Assembly (NCBI GenBank): GCA_045805065.1
Contig: JBJMMA010000095.1
Span: 1-21,186, forward strand
Length of the DNA: 21,186 nucleotides
Source of the DNA: Bdellovibrionia bacterium
Lineage (GTDB): Bacteria; Bdellovibrionota; UBA1018
Direction: 5' to 3'
The position numbers and the translations under genes are program-made. The notes below the pieces were generated by a model. That model worked only from the letters and a program-made list of their open reading frames with translations, was not told the origin of the DNA and did no database searches. Positions within the stretch are counted from its first letter, which is position 1; the number at the start of each line of letters is the position of its first letter. Positions 11,504-18,432 of this stretch are shown here, in pieces.

Positions 11504-11998
11504 TTAGCGTGAGGTAATGACGAAGTTTGCGCGGCGGTTCTTTGCGTACGCAGCTTCAGAGCTACCCGAGTCCATCGGATGTTCTTTGCCGAAGCTGACG
11601 GTCGAAACGCGATCGCCGTTGATACCCATGTCGGTGAGGTAGCCACGAACAGCGTTCGCGCGCTTTTCGCCGAGAGCGATGTTGTATTGAACGCCACCGC
11701 GAGCATCGGTGTGGCCTTCGATCTGGATCTTAAGGCCTGGGTTGTTCTTCATGATGCTGGCGTTGTTCTTGAGAACTTCCTTCGATGGAGTGTCCAAAGC
11801 GAAAGAGTCGAAAGCGAAATGAACCGTTTGCAGGCCCATTGCCTTACCTTCGTCAGAAGAACCGAGCTCATTGGTGAGAGCGGTCTCGGTGGCAGGAACG
11901 TTGGATTCTTCAGTCTTGTTTTTCTTCGAGCAGCCCGTTGCGAAGATCATGAGAGATGCAACGAGCGCGATTGCGACACTGTAACGGCGAGACATCAT
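11504..11998 (-). CDS. pal: Peptidoglycan-associated lipoprotein (OmpA-C domain)
   Basis: Lipobox ATGC-SKK; VHFAFDS, IEGHTDARG, YNIALGEKRANAV, SFGKEHP, KNRRA. AGGAGG lies 6 nt upstream of ATG 11998. Confidence 0.95.
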   Translation of the reverse strand: MMSRRYSVAIALVASLMIFATGCSKKNKTEESNVPATETALTNELGSSDEGKAMGLQTVHFAFDSFALDTPSKEVLKNNASIMKNNPGLKIQIEGHTDARGGVQYNIALGEKRANAVRGYLTDMGINGDRVSTVSFGKEHPMDSGSSEAAYAKNRRANFVITSR

Positions 11999-12025
11999 TA
12001 AAGTCCTCCTAAAATTGGTCATTAC

Positions 12026-12054
12026 AACATAAAGCTACTGCTGAATGATTTCAA
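12026..12054 (-). promoter_or_regulatory. Putative sigma70 promoter of pal
   Basis: TTGAAA-N17-TATGTT upstream of the AGGAGG RBS. Confidence 0.55.
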
Positions 12055-12063
12055 AGGTTTTAA

Positions 12064-13176
12064 TCAGTTTGGTGCAGGAGTTTGGAAGTTCAGATTCCAA
12101 GACGTTCTGAGCCCGTTGACATCGATCCCGGCTTTTTCAAGCCGGAGCATGGCTTCTGAAGCAGAGCCCACTCGAGATCCCTTCATGGCATTCCATAGGC
12201 GAGCAAAACTCTCGTTCATCGTTTCGCCGTCCTGATGGAGGTCAACCAAGTCCCAAAAGTAGCCCGTGACGCGCCACTCATTGGTTTCGCCCTGACAGAC
12301 ATCGGCGGGAATGCTTTCAAAGCGAATCGGAGCGCGGCGAGGGACCATGTATTCGAACTTGGCATCCGGGTCGTTGGGATTGAGGCTCACCCAAGCCGAA
12401 AAGAACGATGCCCAGCCCTCGGACAGGGCAAGTGCGTTGGAGTAGCACTCGTCGATCTTATGCTGTCCGCCGCCAAAGCGTCCCAAAGCACCTAAATCGT
12501 AAATCGCGTGACCCATTTCGTGACCCACAACGTCCCAGTAGTCGCCGCGGGTCAGGTTCACGGTTCCCATCGAGTAGTAATCGCCATCGCCTGGCCAGGC
12601 AAACGTGATTCTTGAGCGCCAGAAGGTCAGGCCAATAGAGGCGTTCAGAGCAGCGCGAGCGCGGGTTGCGATCTGCCAGATGCCCAGGGCCTGTCCGGCG
12701 TCAGAGTCTGATTTGAAGAGCAACTGGGCAGTACCGGTGCAAGGCAAGTCCGTGGAGATTGTATAGGTGTGAGAGTTTCGCGTGCTCTGCACGTCAAAGT
12801 GCTCGTTCGCAAGTTCTGCCACCGCGTGCAACTTTCCAGTGGAACACTGGTAGCGAGCCGGAAGGCCAGCAACGCCACGCGCATCGGTGAGAACGCGAAG
12901 CTTTGCGCTTCCGCTGGTGAGCGTGATCGGAAGCTCGCTCACAGGAGTCATTCTTCCATGATCCATTCGTCCTACGGCAATCACGAGTGGAGCGGTTCCT
13001 GGCGTCACCTGAACAGAATCAGGAGCAAGCTCACTGGCAGGAGGCGGAGTGAGTCTCAGACCTGAGCGAGTAAGGTCAGAATCATCTGTTCTGTATCCAT
13101 ACGGCTGAGTAGCAGTAGCGACCTGAGTGAAAGAGACGAGAGCGAAAGCAGCGACCATCAGCTTTGATCGGATCAT
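12064..13176 (-). CDS. Secreted zinc metallopeptidase-like protein (gluzincin pattern)
   Basis: Signal peptide MIRSKLMVAAFALVSFTQVATA; VVGHEMGHAIY (HExxH) and downstream ALSEGWASFF. GAGGAA lies 8 nt upstream of ATG 13176. Confidence 0.72.
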   Translation of the reverse strand: MIRSKLMVAAFALVSFTQVATATQPYGYRTDDSDLTRSGLRLTPPPASELAPDSVQVTPGTAPLVIAVGRMDHGRMTPVSELPITLTSGSAKLRVLTDARGVAGLPARYQCSTGKLHAVAELANEHFDVQSTRNSHTYTISTDLPCTGTAQLLFKSDSDAGQALGIWQIATRARAALNASIGLTFWRSRITFAWPGDGDYYSMGTVNLTRGDYWDVVGHEMGHAIYDLGALGRFGGGQHKIDECYSNALALSEGWASFFSAWVSLNPNDPDAKFEYMVPRRAPIRFESIPADVCQGETNEWRVTGYFWDLVDLHQDGETMNESFARLWNAMKGSRVGSASEAMLRLEKAGIDVNGLRTSWNLNFQTPAPN

Positions 13177-13360
13177 TAGGGATATTCCTCTTCCTATGCG
13201 TAGCGGGCGAAGCCCGCCTCGACGATTCGCCATCAACGTATCGGTAAAGGGAGCGAGCGGCAAGGACGTTCAGTAACGAGTTTCTGCAACGAGCTTGGGT
13301 CCGAAAACTGGTTCTTGTGTCGCCATTTGAATAGTCTTTGTGCGTCTAATCGCTCCTTTT

Positions 13361-13377
13361 CAGGCACACCCGTCGCA
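13361..13377 (+). promoter_or_regulatory. Possible sigma54 promoter of ssb
   Basis: CAGGCACACCCGTCGCA has exact GG-N10-GC spacing and the GGCAC core, but deviates from TGGCAC/TTGC. Confidence 0.35.
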
Positions 13378-13418
13378 GAGAAGCGCCAAGTCAAATACGT
13401 CAATCAAAGGAGACGAAT

Positions 13419-13835
13419 ATGAAAGATCTGAACAAAGTGCTTCTCATTGGACGATTGGGAAATGATCCCATTCGCCGCGAAACCAAAACCGGAAAAGCGG
13501 TTGCGAACTTTTCACTGGCGACATCACGACTGGTTCCCGATGGGGAAGTGGTTGAAGAAGGTGAAGAGCCAGGAAAGCGTGAAGAAACAGATTGGCACAG
13601 CGTCGTCGTCTGGGGACGTCAGGCTGAAGTCTGCTATCAATTTTTGCGCAAAGGTCGCATGGTTTACGTCGAAGGATCGCTTCGTCGCCGGAGCTATACC
13701 AATAAGGAAGGTCAGCAACGGATTTCCTTTGAAGTGCATGCGGATAGCGTGGGCTTTCTCAATGGGTTTGGCGGTTCAAGCTTGAATCGCGAAACTGAGG
13801 CGGAAGCGGCAGTGAGTGAAGCCGCAGCAAGCTGA
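13419..13835 (+). CDS. ssb: Single-stranded DNA-binding protein (short paralogue without DDIPF tip)
   Basis: LNKVLLIGRLGNDP, ANFSLAT, TDWHSVVVWG, KGRMVYVEGSL; AGGAG RBS. Confidence 0.93.
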   Translation: MKDLNKVLLIGRLGNDPIRRETKTGKAVANFSLATSRLVPDGEVVEEGEEPGKREETDWHSVVVWGRQAEVCYQFLRKGRMVYVEGSLRRRSYTNKEGQQRISFEVHADSVGFLNGFGGSSLNRETEAEAAVSEAAAS

Positions 13836-13878
13836 GGAATACCCGGATTCAAGGTCAGGGTAGGATCGTTTTTCGGAC

Positions 13879-14310
13879 CTACTCTGACTTTGAGTTCGTG
13901 ATCTGAACCATATCGCCTACCATGACGGCGCGATTGGCAATGGCCGGAGTCTTATCGGCTGGCAAGATCTGCTCCAGGCGGGCCACTGCGGCATTCTGCT
14001 CGACGTGAATCACCTTCAGGCGCGCGATCGGAAAAGAGATATCTTTATAGAGCTTCTCGCTCAAGAGATCATAGGTTGCTACTTTGCGGATCACTTCGAG
14101 AGTGGTTCCGCTGTGCAGGCCGTTGGCACTTCCCATGTTCACATAAAAATCTTTTTGAGGAACTTCTCCAGGGTTTCCAAGGTCGATTGCCTTGTAAACG
14201 CTGTAGACCACAAAGTCCGCTGATCCTGCTGTAAAGGGCAGGGTGATTGCGGCGGTGAGCGCCGCGCATCTTAAGAACTTTAGATATGACCTTGAATTGA
14301 GGTTCTTCAT
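13879..14310 (-). CDS. Exported hypothetical protein, FlgT C-terminal-like beta domain
   Basis: Signal peptide; FYVNMGSANGLHSGTTLEVIR...IARLKVIHVEQNAAVARL...VMVGDMV resembles the FlgT_C pattern. The CDS is likely real; the family is tentative. Confidence 0.6.
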   Translation of the reverse strand: MKNLNSRSYLKFLRCAALTAAITLPFTAGSADFVVYSVYKAIDLGNPGEVPQKDFYVNMGSANGLHSGTTLEVIRKVATYDLLSEKLYKDISFPIARLKVIHVEQNAAVARLEQILPADKTPAIANRAVMVGDMVQITNSKSE

Positions 14311-14319
14311 CTAAAGACC

Positions 14320-14347
14320 AGATCGGCAAAAAGGGATGTGTCCATTA
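14320..14347 (-). promoter_or_regulatory. Putative sigma28 promoter of the 143-aa gene
   Basis: TAAT-N16-GCCGATCT, ending 9 nt before the ATG. Confidence 0.45.
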
Positions 14348-14395
14348 GGACTTTTCTTTCATCACCAGCGCCAGGAATCTGACGCTTATTTTTAG

Positions 14396-14423
14396 TCAAA
14401 TAATCAATCGATCCGGCCGACAA
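14396..14423 (+). promoter_or_regulatory. Putative sigma28 promoter of the HD-GYP gene
   Basis: TCAAA-N15-GCCGACAA, followed by GAAGGAG RBS and TTG start. Confidence 0.55.
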
Positions 14424-14444
14424 GAAACATGAAGGAGTCGTGTT

Positions 14445-15428
14445 TTGACCGTATCAACCCAAACGCTCGTGGCAGTACCGATTGATTCTTTTCGGCGAGT
14501 CACGCGCGATATCAGCTTTGATGTATTCCTGAAGCTTTCTGAGGACAATGTGGTGCACGTGTTTTCGCGCGCCACCGGTCTGGATTACAAGCGTCTTGCG
14601 AACTACATTCAAAAAGGCGTCGCGTTTCTTTATATCCGCAAAGAGGATGAAGAAGCTTACAAGGCCTTTGTCTCGAAATCACTCGATGGGATCATCAACA
14701 ATCCGGACACGACTCAGGAAAAGAAAATTGCAGCGCTCCTCAATATGACGGAGCAGAACATGTCAGAGATTTTCGCGCAGGCCAATGTGCGCGAGGAAAC
14801 CGTTGAGGACACTCAGCGCCTGGTCGGAAGCTACGTGGATCTCATGACAAAGAGTCCGCAAAGCCTGGCTGTGATCCTCAAGCTTGTGGCTCATGGTGAG
14901 TATCTTTACTACCATTCGGTTGCGGTTTCGATCTTCACTCTTTTTATCGCGAAGGCATCGGGTCACTTCAACCGCGAGACGCTTGAGGTCATGGGTATGG
15001 GCGCGTTCCTTCATGACATCGGGCAAACGCAGCTTCCGCGAGAGATTTTTGATACGCCAGCAAAGCTTACGCCTGCTGAGCGCGAGCAGATGAACCAGCA
15101 TCCAAAGCTTGGGCTGGAAATGCTCCAAGGACTTCCAAATATTCCGGAGGAAGTTCGTTACATCATTTACCAGCATCACGAAGAGCCCAAGGGAACCGGA
15201 TATCCAAACGGTCTTTGTGGCCAGGCGATTTACTATCCGGCACGCGTCGTAGCGCTTGCCGATACTTTCAGCGCACTGGTCAGTAAACGCCCGTTCCGCC
15301 CGGCTTACTCGGTTGAGGAAGCCATTGCGATCTTGCGTGAGAACAAAGAGAAGTTCGATCCTGATCTGGTCGAGCTCCTGGCTGCAGTAATCCTAAGACC
15401 TGCAGGAAGTTCTCAGAAAGCCGCTTAA
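14445..15428 (+). CDS. HD-GYP cyclic dinucleotide phosphodiesterase
   Basis: YYHSVAV, FLHDIG, QHP, QHHEEPKGTGYPNGL, ALADTFSAL, KRPFR; RBS 7 nt upstream. Confidence 0.9.
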   Translation: MTVSTQTLVAVPIDSFRRVTRDISFDVFLKLSEDNVVHVFSRATGLDYKRLANYIQKGVAFLYIRKEDEEAYKAFVSKSLDGIINNPDTTQEKKIAALLNMTEQNMSEIFAQANVREETVEDTQRLVGSYVDLMTKSPQSLAVILKLVAHGEYLYYHSVAVSIFTLFIAKASGHFNRETLEVMGMGAFLHDIGQTQLPREIFDTPAKLTPAEREQMNQHPKLGLEMLQGLPNIPEEVRYIIYQHHEEPKGTGYPNGLCGQAIYYPARVVALADTFSALVSKRPFRPAYSVEEAIAILRENKEKFDPDLVELLAAVILRPAGSSQKAA

Positions 15429-15443
15429 GCTTTTCTCTCGAGT

Positions 15444-17261
15444 CTAGCGTTGGCTTTGGTAGCGCTTCTTGGCTTCTTTATCGAGGTGGAAGTACTTGAA
15501 GCGATTTTGAACAATGTCGCCGCTGCGATAGTTGAGCAGCCAGGGCTGCGAAAGATCATAGCGTGCGTAGTAGTATCCCATCGCCCAAGGGCAATCCTCT
15601 TGGATGATATCGTCAGCTTTTTTCACAAGAGCTGCGCGCTTGGGTCCTGACTCCATTCCTGCGATCTGCTCGTAGAGCTTGTCGTACTCAGGATTCTTGT
15701 AGTTGGCGTCGTTAGGACCAGGAGACTCGTTCTTGCTGTAGAGAAGCTGATAGACGTTCTCGGCATCCGGATAATCCATGTTCCAGCCGCCGTAGAAGAT
15801 CTGAAGATTCTTCTTCTTGGCTTTTTCAAGGAACGTCGGGAAAGTGTTCTGGTTCACGTCAACTTGAACGCCGATCTTGCCCCATTGGCTTTTGAAGAAT
15901 TCACCGACCTGGCGATCCACGGTTCCTGCACCGCGAAGGTCAAACTTGAGAACCGGAAGACCTTTTCCGTCTGGATAGCCTGCTTTTTTAAGAAGCTCTT
16001 TGGCGCGTGCAAGATCGTAATCGTACTTGATCTTGGCGTCTGTCGGACGATCAGGAATCCCAGGCGGAAGCGCAGTCACTTGCTTCTGGCCGGTTCCGTA
16101 CGTGAAGACGTCAATCCATTCGTCGCGATTGATCGCAGAGGACAAGGCCTGGCGCAGGTACTTGTTTGAGCCCAGGATCTTGTCTTCCATGTTGAATTCA
16201 ATCTGATAGAAGGCAACGCCCGTTTCAATCGTCAGGCGCATGCCCTTGGCCGCAAACTCGGGCGTGAGGTTCGTGCGATTGACGATCGTTTGCTTGAAGT
16301 AATCTTTCTGAAGCTGGAAGGCGTCTTGTGAGCCTTTCAGGAAATTGAGCCATGAAGGCTGCTGCTCTTCAGAGACTGAGTAAACGATCTTGTCCGCAAA
16401 CGGCATGGACTTGCCTGCGTCTGCAAGCATTCCTTTTTGCTGCCAATCGTTTGCTGCCTTGGTTGGATAAAAATCCGGATGGTAGTTTGGATTACGAACC
16501 AGAATCACTTGGCGGTTGCGATCCCATTTCTTGAACATGAACGGGCCGCTTCCTACAGCGTTATCTGTGAGGTTTCCTTTTTCATCGCCATACATTTCGA
16601 CTGCTTCATGAGGCACAGCAGCCGTTGCACCCATGGTCAGAACATATTTCAGCTGCGGGTAAGGCTTGGTGAGCTTGACTTGAAGCGTGTACGGATCAAG
16701 AGCTTTCAAACCTTCGATGGGCTCGGCAAAGATCTTTTCGGCTTCTTCCTTGTTTTTTGCAGCAACGAGCTTGTCATGGAATGCGTTGATTCCAACGACA
16801 CGGCCATCGACCGCCCACCAGAGCTGGGAGTCAAGCTGTGGAATCGCCAGGCGCTTGATCTGATAGATGAAGTCTTCGGCAGTGACTTCACGGCCTTTGC
16901 CATGGGTTGCCTTGAAGCAATCATTGTCCTGAAACTTGATGCCATGTTTGATTGGAATCGTGACCGTCAGGCGATCTTTGGAGTACTTCGGCATGTCAGC
17001 CGCAAGCAGAGGCTCTACTTCAACGCCATCTGTGAGATACGAATATTGGTAAAGCGATTCGTAGATGTTTGGGCCCACATCATTGCTGACCGAGTCGTAG
17101 GCGTTTGCAGGATCAAGGGTCTTCACGTCAGAGCGAAGTCCAACTGTGATGACGCTGAGTTTTTCGTCTTCAGCGTTTTTATGAGTGCAGCTCGAAAAGG
17201 AGAGCGCAACCGCCGTGATCACAAGAGAAGTGAAACCGAACCGATTCATCGCCATTTTCAT
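15444..17261 (-). CDS. ABC transporter substrate-binding lipoprotein, family 5 (OppA/DppA-like)
   Basis: Lipobox FSSC; TLDPA, IYESLYQY, PLLAADMP, VTAEDFIY, VGSGPF, LRQALSSAINR, GWNMDYPDAEN. AGGTGG lies 8 nt upstream of ATG 17261. Confidence 0.9.
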   Translation of the reverse strand: MKMAMNRFGFTSLVITAVALSFSSCTHKNAEDEKLSVITVGLRSDVKTLDPANAYDSVSNDVGPNIYESLYQYSYLTDGVEVEPLLAADMPKYSKDRLTVTIPIKHGIKFQDNDCFKATHGKGREVTAEDFIYQIKRLAIPQLDSQLWWAVDGRVVGINAFHDKLVAAKNKEEAEKIFAEPIEGLKALDPYTLQVKLTKPYPQLKYVLTMGATAAVPHEAVEMYGDEKGNLTDNAVGSGPFMFKKWDRNRQVILVRNPNYHPDFYPTKAANDWQQKGMLADAGKSMPFADKIVYSVSEEQQPSWLNFLKGSQDAFQLQKDYFKQTIVNRTNLTPEFAAKGMRLTIETGVAFYQIEFNMEDKILGSNKYLRQALSSAINRDEWIDVFTYGTGQKQVTALPPGIPDRPTDAKIKYDYDLARAKELLKKAGYPDGKGLPVLKFDLRGAGTVDRQVGEFFKSQWGKIGVQVDVNQNTFPTFLEKAKKKNLQIFYGGWNMDYPDAENVYQLLYSKNESPGPNDANYKNPEYDKLYEQIAGMESGPKRAALVKKADDIIQEDCPWAMGYYYARYDLSQPWLLNYRSGDIVQNRFKYFHLDKEAKKRYQSQR

Positions 17262-17284
17262 AAGTAGAACCACCTACTTGCACA

Positions 17285-17310
17285 TTAACCCTCAAGCTGA
17301 CGCGGAACAA
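17285..17310 (-). repeat. Displaced copy of the alaS 3' end (att-like direct repeat, left copy)
   Basis: CAAGCTGACGCGGAACAA (17293-17310) matches CAAGCTTACGCGGAACAA (18441-18458) at 17/18. The minus strand reads VPRQLEG-TAA versus alaS VPRKLGQ-TAA. Confidence 0.75.
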
Positions 17311-17312
17311 CG

Positions 17313-17416
17313 GCAAAAGGTGCAAAAGGTGGTCGCCGACTTTTGGTAGTGCAGGTGCGTTATTTACGCAAAGGTAGCAAAGGTATGCCATACCTTTTTG
17401 TGGCGCAGGTGCGTTA
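17313..17416. repeat. Two degenerate ~50-nt palindromic repeat units (REP-like)
   Basis: Unit 1: GCAAAAGGT x2, GTCG-C-CGAC, TTTTG, GCAGGTGCGTTA (17351-17362). Unit 2: GCAAAGGTA x2, AAAGGTATG-C-CATACCTTT, TTG, GCAGGTGCGTTA (17405-17416). Confidence 0.75.
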
Positions 17417-17451
17417 GTTTTTGGGTCGATGTTCTGGCTCTTTTCGCGATT

Positions 17452-17478
17452 TTAGAAGAGTTCAACTTTTTCCGATAA
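17452..17478 (+). promoter_or_regulatory. Putative sigma28 promoter of the islet gene
   Basis: TTAG-N15-TCCGATAA, ending 9 nt before ATG 17488; the -35 is weak. Confidence 0.4.
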
Positions 17479-17487
17479 GCACTCTGG

Positions 17488-18432
17488 ATGCTCACCCGTT
17501 TCACAAAGCCAATCATCCTATTTTGTGTCCTGCTTCAGGCAATTGAAGCACCTCGGGCCTTTGCTGAGCAGTCCCCAAAGCCAAAGAATGTCGAGACGGT
17601 TACAATCAATGGCCACGAGATAACCACGGGAGATCTGGTTCTCGGTGGGACAGTGGCGCATATTGTTGTCGGCCGTACTTTGAATGGATTGCAGCGTGGA
17701 TATTTTGAGATTCGAGACTCGGAGTTTGACAAAGCAGCGGCAAAACTTATGTCAAAGCGAGCGGAGAAAGTGCTTTTTATCAGTTCGTTCAGCAAGGACG
17801 ATGTCTTCCGTTCCACTTCCGAAATGCGTTTCCAGAAGCTCTATGGAAATCATCCGAACGCACTATACCTTGAAGTTTCCAGCCCAAAGGAATTGATTTC
17901 AAAGCTGAAGGCTCTACCGCAGGATTCGAGCTTCGATCGGATAGAGATTGATATGCATGGAAACAAGGGCGTTCTGGGATTTTCAGACAAAACGTTGCTG
18001 ATGAGGCACGATCATCCTTGGTTTTCAAAGGATCAAAGTGATTTTGATGTGGAGGAGTTTAAGAGGGCGAATCTTCAAATTGCTAAGCCGGGTGCGGATC
18101 TGCGGATCTCTGCTTGTCGGATCGCCGATGAAGGGAAGTCAGGGAAACCGCTGGGAACAGACTTTCTGAATGATTTTGGAAAAAGCCTGATGCCTGAAGG
18201 CGGCCGAGTTTTCTCTACGGAGAAAATAGTTCTGCCTACCAAGTTTAATGTAGTAACGAAGATCCCTATTTTTGGCGTTCTCCTACATGCAGCGGAGCTG
18301 ACAGGAGACATCATCAAATATAAAATGCCAAAGGGCTTTCGCTTCCGAAAAGACGTGGTTCAGATCGATATTCCGCCAAAAGCGCCAAGCTGTGCGCCCG
18401 AAATCATTCAGGCACTACAGAAGGCTCTCTGA
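17488..18432 (+). CDS. Secreted hypothetical protein with DUF4347/clan CD-like His-Cys motifs
   Basis: Signal peptide ending RAFA; RIEIDMHGNKG and GADLRISACRIA..G...GTDFLNDFG pattern. Its stop codon directly abuts the alaS stop. Confidence 0.65.
   Translation: MLTRFTKPIILFCVLLQAIEAPRAFAEQSPKPKNVETVTINGHEITTGDLVLGGTVAHIVVGRTLNGLQRGYFEIRDSEFDKAAAKLMSKRAEKVLFISSFSKDDVFRSTSEMRFQKLYGNHPNALYLEVSSPKELISKLKALPQDSSFDRIEIDMHGNKGVLGFSDKTLLMRHDHPWFSKDQSDFDVEEFKRANLQIAKPGADLRISACRIADEGKSGKPLGTDFLNDFGKSLMPEGGRVFSTEKIVLPTKFNVVTKIPIFGVLLHAAELTGDIIKYKMPKGFRFRKDVVQIDIPPKAPSCAPEIIQALQKAL

Noticed and set aside
13238..13264. Sigma28 promoter for the metallopeptidase (ACCGATAC)
   Set aside because: No plausible -35 element at 15-16 nt spacing.
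17179..17391. 70-aa minus-strand ORF across the repeats
   Set aside because: Overlaps the SBP start out of frame and is derived from repeat sequence.
17313..17416. Mini CRISPR array
   Set aside because: The identical repeat is only 12 nt, the intervening sequences resemble each other, and no cas genes are present.
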